Below, piece after piece: positions 7,081 to 14,495 of a stretch of DNA of 40,311 nucleotides (position 1 is its first letter; each line of letters starts with the position of its first letter). The notes below the pieces were generated by a model that was not told the origin of the DNA, ran no database searches, and saw nothing but the letters and a program-made list of their open reading frames with translations. Made by a program: the position numbers and the translations under genes. This stretch comes from an uncultured Bdellovibrionales bacterium. GTDB taxonomy: Bacteria; Patescibacteriota; Minisyncoccia; Moranbacterales; UBA1568. Location of the stretch: positions 1 to 40,311 of the forward strand of contig CAZCTF010000002.1 of the NCBI GenBank assembly GCA_964501755.1, read 5' to 3'.

Positions 7081-7878
7081 ATGAATCAGTACATTCCCAA
7101 GGTCAGTGGCCATGCACTCGTACTCGGTGCTGGCGGTATCGGGGCGGAGATCATCCGTGCGCTCGTTGCGAATGGTGCCAGTGCGGTCAGCTTCACCTAC
7201 AACTCCGGCCGTGAAAAGGCCGAGGCCCTCAAGACCGAGCTCGAAGCAGCGGGTGTAAAGGCACACGCTTTCCAGCTTTCCGGCATTACGGACGAAACGA
7301 AGGCCGGTTTCGAGCGCTCGCTCCAGACGGCCGTCGATATGATCGGTGCCGAAATCTCTCTCGCCGTCGATACGATTGGCATTTCGCCGAACGTGGATTT
7401 TCTCGAGCAGAATCTGAGCTCGGTCGAACGCGACCAGGAGGGCTGGCAGCGAGTTTTCGAAGTCAATGTCTTCAGTTCGGCGCTGGCTGCCCGATGCATT
7501 CTCGAACGGATGCGTCTCAACGACGTGAAAGGCTCGTACGTCGTCATCTCTTCGACGAACGGCATCAATTCGTACGATGAGATGTCGTGGCCGTACGACG
7601 AGTCGAAAGCCTCGCTCGTCCTACGTCCTCGCGTCCTCGCGAAGCGGTACGCCAAATACGGCATCCGTGTCAACGGTGTCGCTCCCGGCTGGATTGATAC
7701 GCCGATGAATCGGACGCTGCCGGAAGACTACCGCAACAACGAGATGCGCCTCATCGGTGTCGGACGATTCGCTGAGCCGGCGGAAGTAGCGAGTGTCGTC
7801 GTCTTCCTTTCGGGTACGGGTGCGAGCTACATCCACGGACAGACCATCATCGTCGACGGGTACTACCCCATGAACTAA
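7081..7878 (+). CDS. SDR family oxidoreductase
   Basis: N-terminal LVLGAGGIGAEI (Rossmann glycine motif), SSTNG...YDESK (catalytic Ser and YxxxK), C-terminal YIHGQTIIVDG. Confidence 0.85.
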   Translation: MNQYIPKVSGHALVLGAGGIGAEIIRALVANGASAVSFTYNSGREKAEALKTELEAAGVKAHAFQLSGITDETKAGFERSLQTAVDMIGAEISLAVDTIGISPNVDFLEQNLSSVERDQEGWQRVFEVNVFSSALAARCILERMRLNDVKGSYVVISSTNGINSYDEMSWPYDESKASLVLRPRVLAKRYAKYGIRVNGVAPGWIDTPMNRTLPEDYRNNEMRLIGVGRFAEPAEVASVVVFLSGTGASYIHGQTIIVDGYYPMN

Positions 7879-7889
7879 GCAGCTAGTTT

Positions 7890-7924
7890 AGAGTCTTCGT
7901 GCGCGAAGACTCTGCTTTTTTTTC
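7890..7924 (+). terminator. Rho-independent terminator
   Basis: AGAGTCTTCG (7890..7899), loop tgcg, CGAAGACTCT (7904..7913), followed by gcTTTTTTTTTc. Confidence 0.85.
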
Positions 7925-7970
7925 TCGAACGAGTAGAATAGGAAGGCACTCAAATTTTTAAACTCCCACT

Positions 7971-9128
7971 ATGACGACAAAAAAGACAGTAAAAAAGAAT
8001 TATGCGAAGCTCGCCCTCGCGCTCCACAAGAAGCTCCGTGGCAAGGTAGAAATCACACCGAAAATCCCAGTGACGAATAAAGAGGACCTCTCGGTGGTCT
8101 ATACGCCCGGTGTTGGAGCGGTATCGAGTCATCTCGCGAAATATCCGGAGGAAGTCGCGAAATACACGATGAAGGGGAATGCCGTTGCGGTCGTAACGGA
8201 CGGTTCCGCTGTGCTCGGCCTCGGCAATATCGGCCCGGAGGCAGCACTCCCCGTGATGGAGGGGAAGTCGATGCTCTTCAAGTCCCTCGCCCAGGTCGAC
8301 GCGTTTCCGATCGTGCTCGCCACACAAGACACCGAGGAAATCATCGAGACGGTGAAACGGATCGCTCCTGGCTTCGGTGGTGTGAACCTCGAGGACATCG
8401 CGGCGCCGCGCTGTTTTGAAATCGAAGAGCGGCTCCAGGCCGAGCTCGATATTCCCGTCATGCACGATGATCAGCACGGGACGGCGATGGTGGTTCTGAC
8501 CGGCTTCATCAATGCGCTCAAAGTTGTGAAGAAGAAAAAAGAATCTGTCTGGGTCGTCATTTCAGGCGCTGGCGCGGCGGGTCAGGCGATCGCTGAACTT
8601 CTCCTCTTGTACGGCGTAGAGAATATCGTCATGCTCGACAGTCGCGGCATCTTGGGGCCGAATCGTACTGATCTCGACCAACACAAGCAGGCCCTCCGCT
8701 CACGGACTAATCCTGATGGTATCGATGGCGATCTCAGTGTCGCGATTGCGGGAGTCGATGTCTTCATCGGCGTTTCCAAGGGCGGCCTATTGACCGAGGA
8801 TCATGTGCGGACGATGGCCGAGGATGCGGTCATCTTTGCGCTTGCCAATCCGGTACCGGAAATCATGCCGGAGGTTGCGCTCGCTGCCGGAGCACGTGTC
8901 GTTGCGACCGGGCGATCGGACTTCGCCAATCAGATCAATAATTCGCTCGGCTTCCCAGGAATCTTCCGCGGGGCGCTCGATCATAAAGTAAAGCGAATTA
9001 CTGACGTCATGCTCGTCAAGGCAGCCAAAAACCTCGCGGGTCTCATTGCAAAGCCGACAGCGGGAAATATCATCCCGAACACCTTTGACAGGCGCGTCGT
9101 CGATGCTGTTGCTCGCGCAATCCGCTAG
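7971..9128 (+). CDS. NAD(P)-dependent malic enzyme, short (about 385 aa) form
   Basis: DLSVVYTPGVG, VAVVTDGSAVLGLGNIGPEAALPVMEGKSMLFK, FGGVNLEDIAAPRCFEIE, HDDQHGTA and GAGAAG motifs. Confidence 0.9.
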   Translation: MTTKKTVKKNYAKLALALHKKLRGKVEITPKIPVTNKEDLSVVYTPGVGAVSSHLAKYPEEVAKYTMKGNAVAVVTDGSAVLGLGNIGPEAALPVMEGKSMLFKSLAQVDAFPIVLATQDTEEIIETVKRIAPGFGGVNLEDIAAPRCFEIEERLQAELDIPVMHDDQHGTAMVVLTGFINALKVVKKKKESVWVVISGAGAAGQAIAELLLLYGVENIVMLDSRGILGPNRTDLDQHKQALRSRTNPDGIDGDLSVAIAGVDVFIGVSKGGLLTEDHVRTMAEDAVIFALANPVPEIMPEVALAAGARVVATGRSDFANQINNSLGFPGIFRGALDHKVKRITDVMLVKAAKNLAGLIAKPTAGNIIPNTFDRRVVDAVARAIR

Positions 9129-9140
9129 TCCCTGACGGGG

Positions 9141-9149
9141 TGCTATACT
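9141..9149 (+). promoter_or_regulatory. Extended -10 promoter, probably giving a leaderless mRNA
   Basis: TGcTATACT, then 6 nt before the ATG at 9156. No room for an SD. Confidence 0.5.
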
Positions 9150-9155
9150 AGGTCA

Positions 9156-9566
9156 ATGAATACACTTCTCTGGGTTAAACTGTACCTTCTTACCGTACCG
9201 GTCTTCTTTACAATCGATATGCTCTGGCTGGGATTTTTTGCCAAGAACTTCTATCGGGCACAGATCGGTTTTCTGCTTCGGACGGATTTCAACTGGGTCG
9301 CGGCCATCCTGTTCTACCTCTTGTTCATTGGTGGTGTTATCTTCTTTGCTGTTTCTCCGGCCCTCGCTGAGGGTGGTTGGAAACGAGCGTTTCTCTATGG
9401 GGCACTTTTCGGCCTCATGACCTATGCGACCTATGATCTGACCAATCTCGCCACCATGCGTGACTGGCCGGTGACGGTGACGCTCGTTGATCTCGTCTGG
9501 GGGACGGTACTCTCGGCACTCGTCGCGCTTGCGAGTTATCGGATCGGGCTCTTTCTACAGTCATAG
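9156..9566 (+). CDS. DUF2177 family membrane protein
   Basis: Four TM helices. FTIDMLWLG..AKNFY and YGALFGLMTYATYDLTN segments are typical of DUF2177. Confidence 0.7.
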   Translation: MNTLLWVKLYLLTVPVFFTIDMLWLGFFAKNFYRAQIGFLLRTDFNWVAAILFYLLFIGGVIFFAVSPALAEGGWKRAFLYGALFGLMTYATYDLTNLATMRDWPVTVTLVDLVWGTVLSALVALASYRIGLFLQS

Positions 9567-9568
9567 AT

Positions 9569-9934
9569 ATGCAATTAAAAGAAATTTTAAGAATTACCTC
9601 AGTCCCGGTCGTGATTGCTTCACTCTGTTGTCTGTCACCCGTTATTCTGGTGCTCCTTGGTCTTTCGACGGTCGGCTTTGCGACTTCACTTTCGGATACG
9701 TTCTACGGCGAATACAAATGGTATTTCCGTTTGGCTGGACTCCTCGCGCTCGGCCTGGCGTATTTCTACCATCTCCGGCGGCAGGGGATTTGTACACTCG
9801 ACCAAGCGAAACGTGAGCGCAATCGTATCGTGAATGGCATCCTCGTGACGCTTATTGCGGGCGTTATCGGCTATGTTTTCTTCCTCTATGTCGTCGTCGA
9901 GTATCTCGGAAAATGGCTCAAAATCTGGGAATAG
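9569..9934 (+). CDS. MerT-like small membrane protein (vicinal Cys pair in TM1)
   Basis: ASLCCLSPVILVLLGLS resembles the MerT/MerC CC-containing first helix. Three TM segments. The second cytoplasmic Cys pair of true MerT is absent. Confidence 0.45.
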   Translation: MQLKEILRITSVPVVIASLCCLSPVILVLLGLSTVGFATSLSDTFYGEYKWYFRLAGLLALGLAYFYHLRRQGICTLDQAKRERNRIVNGILVTLIAGVIGYVFFLYVVVEYLGKWLKIWE

Positions 9935-10016
9935 TGCTTACCAGAAAAAATATTACCCTTGACCAAACGGCCAAAGCGTGCCAAGATAGCTTGATTTCAG
10001 TCCTAATCTTTTCCGC

Positions 10017-11207
10017 ATGAGTTTCCATCACCTCGGTATCGCCCCAGGACTTCTCGCTGTCCTCGACGAGCTCAAATTTGTTACACCCACGCCAATTCAG
10101 GAGCGTTCGATCCCGATTGCGATCACCGGCAAAGACGTCATGGGTATCGCTCAGACCGGCACCGGCAAGACGCTCGCGTTCGGTATCCCGATGATTGGCC
10201 GCATCCTCGAAGACAAAACCCGGCAGGGTCTCGTCATCCTCCCGACTCGCGAACTCGCGCTCCAAGTCGACGAGACTATTCAGCGTATCGGCCGAAAGCT
10301 GGGTATCCGCACCGCTGTCCTCATTGGTGGCGACTCGATGGAGAAGCAGAAGCGTCAGATCCGCGCTAATCCGCATGTGGTTATCGCGACTCCGGGTCGG
10401 CTCAATGACCATCTCGGCCAGCGTACGGTGAAACTCGACCAGGTTCGCATTCTCGTCCTCGATGAGGCTGATCATATGCTCGACATGGGTTTCGCGCCGC
10501 AGATCGCCGAAGTCGTGAAGCACGTCCCGAAAGAGCGCCAGACGATGCTGTTTTCCGCGACGATGCCGAACGAGGTGATTCGTCTCGCCACGTCGTACCT
10601 CTCGATCCCGACCCGCGTCGAGGTCGCTCCTCCGGGTACGGCCGTGGAGAAGATCGCCCAGGAGCTCTTCTTCGTGCCTCACATGGAGAAGCTCGACCTC
10701 CTTTTGAAACTCCTGACTGAGTACTCTGGCAGTGTGCTCGTTTTTACGCGTACCAAATTCATCGCGAAGCGTATTGCCTTGTCACTCCGCAACAAAGGAC
10801 ATCAGGCCGTAGAGATCCATTCGAACCGCTCGCTCAGCCAGCGCCGTGAAGCACTCTCTGGCTTCAAGGCCGGTCGCTACCGCGTCATGGTCGCGACGGA
10901 TATCGCCGCGCGCGGTATCGATGTTTCAGGCATCGAGGTCGTCATCAACTATGACCTGCCGGAGAAGGCTGAGGACTATGTCCATCGTATCGGTCGTACC
11001 GCTCGCGCGGGTCGTGAGGGGCGTGCTATTTCTTTCGCGACACCTGACCAAAAGGGGAATGTCCGCGATATCGAGCGACTCATGCGCATGACGTTGCCTA
11101 TCGTTGGCGGAACCGTACCGGAAGGCGAACCGAGGCCGGTTCGAAGCGTCCGCCGTCCGTCCTCTTCGGCTCGTCCAGGAGCGCGCCACTTCGGCCGTCG
11201 CCGCTAG
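10017..11207 (+). CDS. DEAD-box ATP-dependent RNA helicase (RhlE-like)
   Basis: Q motif (TPTPIQ), AQTGTGKT, PTRELA, DEAD (VLDEADHMLD), SAT, ARGID and HRIGRTAR motifs, plus a basic Arg-rich C-terminal tail. Confidence 0.9.
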   Translation: MSFHHLGIAPGLLAVLDELKFVTPTPIQERSIPIAITGKDVMGIAQTGTGKTLAFGIPMIGRILEDKTRQGLVILPTRELALQVDETIQRIGRKLGIRTAVLIGGDSMEKQKRQIRANPHVVIATPGRLNDHLGQRTVKLDQVRILVLDEADHMLDMGFAPQIAEVVKHVPKERQTMLFSATMPNEVIRLATSYLSIPTRVEVAPPGTAVEKIAQELFFVPHMEKLDLLLKLLTEYSGSVLVFTRTKFIAKRIALSLRNKGHQAVEIHSNRSLSQRREALSGFKAGRYRVMVATDIAARGIDVSGIEVVINYDLPEKAEDYVHRIGRTARAGREGRAISFATPDQKGNVRDIERLMRMTLPIVGGTVPEGEPRPVRSVRRPSSSARPGARHFGRRR

Positions 11208-11222
11208 TTTTACAAATGTCTG

Positions 11223-11250
11223 GGCGAGTGGTACACTCGCCTGATTCTTT
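11223..11250 (+). terminator. Possible terminator after the helicase gene
   Basis: GGCGAGTG (11223..11230), loop gta, CACTCGCC (11234..11241), followed by a weak T-rich tail tgattcttt. Confidence 0.4.
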
Positions 11251-11277
11251 CCCAACTGAGCGACTGGAGGTTTCCTC

Positions 11278-11679
11278 ATGAATTCCGTCAGAGTCAGGCT
11301 GCTCCCCGAGGAACACTACCTCGGACGTTTCCCATTTCCCGACGACACCCCGCTAGCGCTTGTCCTCGACACGCTCCGACCGGTGGTGCTCCGGACCATC
11401 CTGAAGGAGTGGTACCGGTTCCCGGAATCCATTGACCCGAGCGAGGTCATGGAGTGTGAGTACTTCTACATCGGTCGTTCCCAGGAGCGTTATCAGGGCC
11501 GCAGTCGCCTCAAGGTGACCTATTGCCTCAGGCGTCCGCCGGCCGCTCGGCCGCACCACTCTCGGCGCGATGTGAGCCGCCGTCGCAGCCTGTACTGCTG
11601 GATCGGTGCGAGCGAGCAGCCACCCGGAGGGGTTTCGCTTTTCCTAGGACGAGACCGGCCGTACTATCGGTCGAACTGA
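11278..11679 (+). CDS. Hypothetical protein; only the first 80 or so codons look protein-like
   Basis: Good SD (GGAGG, 7 nt before the ATG). The N-terminal part is balanced in composition. The C-terminal third is Arg/Pro-rich low complexity in a GC-rich, hairpin-rich stretch. Confidence 0.35.
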   Translation: MNSVRVRLLPEEHYLGRFPFPDDTPLALVLDTLRPVVLRTILKEWYRFPESIDPSEVMECEYFYIGRSQERYQGRSRLKVTYCLRRPPAARPHHSRRDVSRRRSLYCWIGASEQPPGGVSLFLGRDRPYYRSN

Positions 11680-11719
11680 TGATGGGGGTAATCCGTATGC
11701 ACCCCCAGCCTTTCCAAGA

Positions 11720-11755
11720 CCCCTGCTTTCCACGAAGGCGGGGACTCTTCTTTTT
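11720..11755 (+). terminator. Rho-independent terminator
   Basis: CCCC(T)GC (11720..11726) pairs with GCGGGG (11738..11743), with one bulge. Followed by actcTTCTTTTT. Confidence 0.5.
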
Positions 11756-11759
11756 ATAA

Positions 11760-11768
11760 TGCTAGGAT
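11760..11768 (+). promoter_or_regulatory. Extended -10 (TGcTAGGAT), 6 nt before the ATG at 11775
   Basis: Same -10 to ATG geometry as at 9149/9156 and 33031/33024. The GGAGG between them is too close (2 nt) to act as an SD. Confidence 0.4.
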
Positions 11769-11774
11769 GGAGGC

Positions 11775-12581
11775 ATGAACACTCGTACACCGCTCCTCAT
11801 TCTTGGTATGGCTCTCATCAGCTGGGGGCTTTGGTATTCGGTTTTACATTTTTCCGAACAGGCTGACGAAGGGATGACGTTCGACCGGACATCATCCGAG
11901 ATACCAACGGTACAGGAGGAACGCGTGTCTCTCGATGAACCCGTTTTGCCGAGCGAGACGGTTCTCGTACCGGTAGAGGATCCAATTCAGCCGAAAATCT
12001 GGCTATCGGTGCCATTTGTTTCACAGGCTCCGACCGGCGAATGGAACAAAAGCGAATTTCAGAACGGTTGCGAGGAAGCCTCTGTGCTCATGGCTCATGC
12101 TTGGCGGGTCGAGAAGACGTATACGAAAGAGACCGCGAAGGCGGAACTCATCGCCATGGCTCGGTATCAGGAAAAGAAGATCGGCCAGGCAATTGATACG
12201 GATGCCAAAGAGACAGCCGAAGCGTTGCTCCGGGGATACTTTGAGATGACTGATTTTACGGTTGAGTATGACTTTTCTTTGAACGATCTCCGGATGGCAA
12301 CCGCTCGCGGACTCCTCATTGTTCCGACGAATGGCCGGGCATTAAAAAACCCAAACTTTACGCTGCCTGGGCCGCTCCAACACATGCTCGTAGTGACGGG
12401 CTATGATGTGATGACAAAAGAATTTATTACCAATGATCCGGGCACACGCAAAGGCGATGGTTATCGTTACTCTGAGCAGATTCTTTTTGACGCCATCCGG
12501 GAGTATCCGACCGGGAAACACCTACCGATACAGACGGAACGCAAGACGATGATTATTGTTCTCCCTGTGGAGAACCCCTGA
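11775..12581 (+). CDS. Secreted/membrane-anchored C39-like cysteine peptidase domain protein
   Basis: N-terminal TM helix. VPFVSQAP...NGCEEAS (candidate catalytic Cys) and HMLVVTGYD (candidate His) match the Peptidase_C39_2 layout. Confidence 0.7.
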   Translation: MNTRTPLLILGMALISWGLWYSVLHFSEQADEGMTFDRTSSEIPTVQEERVSLDEPVLPSETVLVPVEDPIQPKIWLSVPFVSQAPTGEWNKSEFQNGCEEASVLMAHAWRVEKTYTKETAKAELIAMARYQEKKIGQAIDTDAKETAEALLRGYFEMTDFTVEYDFSLNDLRMATARGLLIVPTNGRALKNPNFTLPGPLQHMLVVTGYDVMTKEFITNDPGTRKGDGYRYSEQILFDAIREYPTGKHLPIQTERKTMIIVLPVENP

Positions 12582-12683
12582 CCCCGTGAGAGAAGAATAG
12601 GAGTCTACCTGAAATTTTTTGGCCGCGCACGGTCTCATGGTTTCAGGCTAAGGTATCAAGCAAAACCTGTTTTTCTAACGGGG
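12582..12683. repeat. Locus C of the CTTCTAACGGGG motif (one strong copy, one degenerate inverted partner)
   Basis: TTCTAACGGGG at 12673..12683 is directly followed by a TTGATT -35 box. The degenerate inverted partner CCCCGTGAGAGAAG lies at 12582..12595, immediately after the upstream stop codon. Confidence 0.6.
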
Positions 12684-12711
12684 TTGATTTTTCGCGGTTT
12701 TGTGCTATGGT
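12684..12711 (+). promoter_or_regulatory. Sigma70-like promoter of the 12755 gene
   Basis: TTGATT (12684..12689), 16-nt spacer, extended -10 TGcTATGGT (12703..12711). Confidence 0.55.
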
Positions 12712-12754
12712 AGCAGCACCAATTTCTTGTTGTTTCCCAACCACGGAGGGCAGT

Positions 12755-13147
12755 ATGCCAACCAAAATTGCTCGAAAGTCGATCAAGGCAAAGCCGCGGA
12801 CTGACTACACCTTCTACGTCCAACCCATTGGCCAGTTTGCCTCCAGGGCCATCGGTGATTTGCTCGCGACCTACGATTTGCCACATGGCGACGAAGACAT
12901 CGAAACTCTTCACCTGTGGAATGGTGATAAGCCGAAGGTCTGGAAGATCAGTCTGCCAGCTATGGCCACGCTCTATCAGTCGAAGAAGGGCGATTTCACC
13001 CATCGTCGTGACTACTTCCTCTTTCGATTGCACCCGGTGACGGACGACGTCACACCGGTTCCAGAAACAATGTTCGAGGTGGCACACCCGAGCCGACCGG
13101 TCATTGGTGCTGTGGCGGCATTGAAGCGGCGCAAGGCAATGACTTGA
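12755..13147 (+). CDS. Hypothetical protein (130 aa)
   Basis: SD GGAGGG 4 nt upstream of the ATG at 12755. Balanced composition, basic N- and C-termini, no recognisable domain. Confidence 0.55.
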   Translation: MPTKIARKSIKAKPRTDYTFYVQPIGQFASRAIGDLLATYDLPHGDEDIETLHLWNGDKPKVWKISLPAMATLYQSKKGDFTHRRDYFLFRLHPVTDDVTPVPETMFEVAHPSRPVIGAVAALKRRKAMT

Positions 13148-13199
13148 AGAATGCCGGTCTAGGGATTTCCCCGGACCGGCGCTTGTTTTTTAGAAGGAG

Positions 13200-13205
13200 T
13201 ATAAT
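13200..13205 (+). promoter_or_regulatory. TATAAT box 9 nt upstream of the nuclease ATG
   Basis: Perfect TATAAT. The predicted TSS would leave a leader of about 3 nt. Confidence 0.35.
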
Positions 13206-13214
13206 CAAATCACT

Positions 13215-13958
13215 ATGGCTATCCTCCGTTCCCGTAATATCTTTGATCCGAAGAGCGAGTCCACGTTCAAGCTCTCGCGTTCCAAGCTGGAGCAGTTCCT
13301 CGCGTGCCCGCGCTGTTTCTATATCGATCGTCGACTCGGTGTCGGGCAGCCGCAGGGACCGCCCTTCAATCTGAATAAAGCGGTTGATACGCTTCTGAAG
13401 AAAGAATTCGACATCCATCGCGCTGCGAGCACACAGCATCCGCTCCTTGAGCAGTACGGCGTCGATGCCCGGCCGGTGGCGCATGCGAACCTCGATATCT
13501 GGCGCGAGAATTTCCAGGGCGTGCAGCATCATCATCTCCCGACCAATCTCGTCATCACGGGTGCGATTGACGATTTGTGGATCAATTCGCGTGATGAATA
13601 CATCGTGGTCGACTATAAGGCGACCTCCAAAGGCGAGGTGATCGATAAACTGAACGACAACTGGCATAACGCGTACCGCCGCCAGATGGAAATCTATCAG
13701 TGGCTGCTGCGCGCGAATGGCTTCAGCGTTTCGTCGACCGGCTACTTCGTCTACTGCAATGCCGGAACGGACAAGGAGGCGTTTGATGCGAAGCTCGAGT
13801 TCGATGTCCGGCTCATCGCGTATGAGGGGAATGATGAGTGGGTTGAGGGGGTCATCTATCAGGCCAAAGATTGTCTCATGGCTGATGCGGTGCCCGAAGC
13901 TGCTCCGAACTGTGAGTTCTGCGTCTATACCGACGCTCGGATGAAACGCGGGGTATGA
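13215..13958 (+). CDS. PD-(D/E)XK nuclease, Cas4/RecB-like, with Cys cluster
   Basis: ITGAIDDLW (Asp), VVDYKAT (D/ExK) and RRQMEIYQWLL (QxxxY) motifs. Cys pairs CPRC near the N-terminus and CEFC near the C-terminus, as in Fe-S cluster Cas4-type nucleases. Confidence 0.8.
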   Translation: MAILRSRNIFDPKSESTFKLSRSKLEQFLACPRCFYIDRRLGVGQPQGPPFNLNKAVDTLLKKEFDIHRAASTQHPLLEQYGVDARPVAHANLDIWRENFQGVQHHHLPTNLVITGAIDDLWINSRDEYIVVDYKATSKGEVIDKLNDNWHNAYRRQMEIYQWLLRANGFSVSSTGYFVYCNAGTDKEAFDAKLEFDVRLIAYEGNDEWVEGVIYQAKDCLMADAVPEAAPNCEFCVYTDARMKRGV

Positions 13959-13967
13959 TGGCAGCAT

Positions 13968-14007
13968 AAAAAAACGAGCCCGTACACCGTGTGAGGTGAT
14001 TGGCTCG
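13968..14007 (-). terminator. Possible terminator between convergent genes
   Basis: CGAGCC (13975..13980) pairs with GGCTCG (14002..14007) around a large 21-nt loop. On the minus strand it is followed by U7 (13974..13968). Confidence 0.4.
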
Positions 14008-14047
14008 CGAGAGAGGAGTCCAGAGGCAACTCCTCGAGGGAGGATGG

Positions 14048-14290
14048 TCAGGCGAGCGTGAGCTGCCTTTTGGGAACGGCAGCCAGTGCGCGCTTCATCT
14101 TGGCTTTGACCAAGCGTTCGATGATGCGTCGATGCGCGAGGTAGCCGTCGGAGTAGGGGATGACCTGATGTGGTCTCGCCGCCTTGGGAAAGAGTCGGTA
14201 GTACGTGGTCTGATCGAACTCTGGACCCATCCCGGCGATGATCGCATCGCAGATTGTGTAGTAGTACTCGGGGTGTTTGCGTTCGGGCAA
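14048..14290 (-). CDS. Hypothetical protein (80 aa), TTG start
   Basis: SD GGAGG 6 nt upstream of TTG (14290). Own near-consensus promoter and a terminator-like hairpin. No recognisable domain. Confidence 0.5.
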   Translation of the reverse strand: MPERKHPEYYYTICDAIIAGMGPEFDQTTYYRLFPKAARPHQVIPYSDGYLAHRRIIERLVKAKMKRALAAVPKRQLTLA

Positions 14291-14324
14291 TTGTCGCCTC
14301 CAGTTGGAAAGTTACGTTTTAAAT

Positions 14325-14353
14325 ATTGTACACTCTTTACATAAAAAAGTCAA
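14325..14353 (-). promoter_or_regulatory. Near-consensus sigma70 promoter on minus strand
   Basis: rc reads TTGACT (14353..14348), 17-nt spacer, TACAAT (14330..14325). The 12-nt motif copy (14354..14365) directly abuts the -35 box. Confidence 0.6.
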
Positions 14354-14472
14354 CCCCGTTAGAAGTAGGGTACGGTGGTTGTTCGCGCTGACGAATCGGA
14401 TAAAAGCCGTTTTGATATCTGCTGGACACTGATGCTAGGTTTGTCATACAGTGACCGTGACTTCTAACGGGG
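14354..14472. repeat. Inverted pair of 12-nt motif CCCCGTTAGAAG / CTTCTAACGGGG (locus B)
   Basis: Perfect copies at 14354..14365 and 14461..14472, 95 bp apart. They bracket the divergent region between the 80-aa gene and uvrC. Confidence 0.8.
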
Positions 14473-14495
14473 TCAATAGTGTACGATAGATATCT

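Noticed and set aside
11560-11640. SRP RNA-like string GCGAGCAGCCACCCGGAGG
   Set aside because: AGCAGCC lies on the wrong side of the putative loop relative to SRP domain IV, and the flanking conserved bases do not match.
13101-13967. 288-aa minus-strand ORF
   Set aside because: Antisense shadow of the PD-(D/E)XK nuclease gene and the end of the 130-aa gene. No start context and no motifs.
6921-14472. MITE or other mobile-element interpretation of the CCCCGTTAGAAG inverted pairs
   Set aside because: The sequences between the paired copies (46, about 78 and 95 bp) share no similarity with each other. No target-site duplications are evident. Copies are positioned precisely against -35 boxes. 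An operator or promoter-element explanation fits better.
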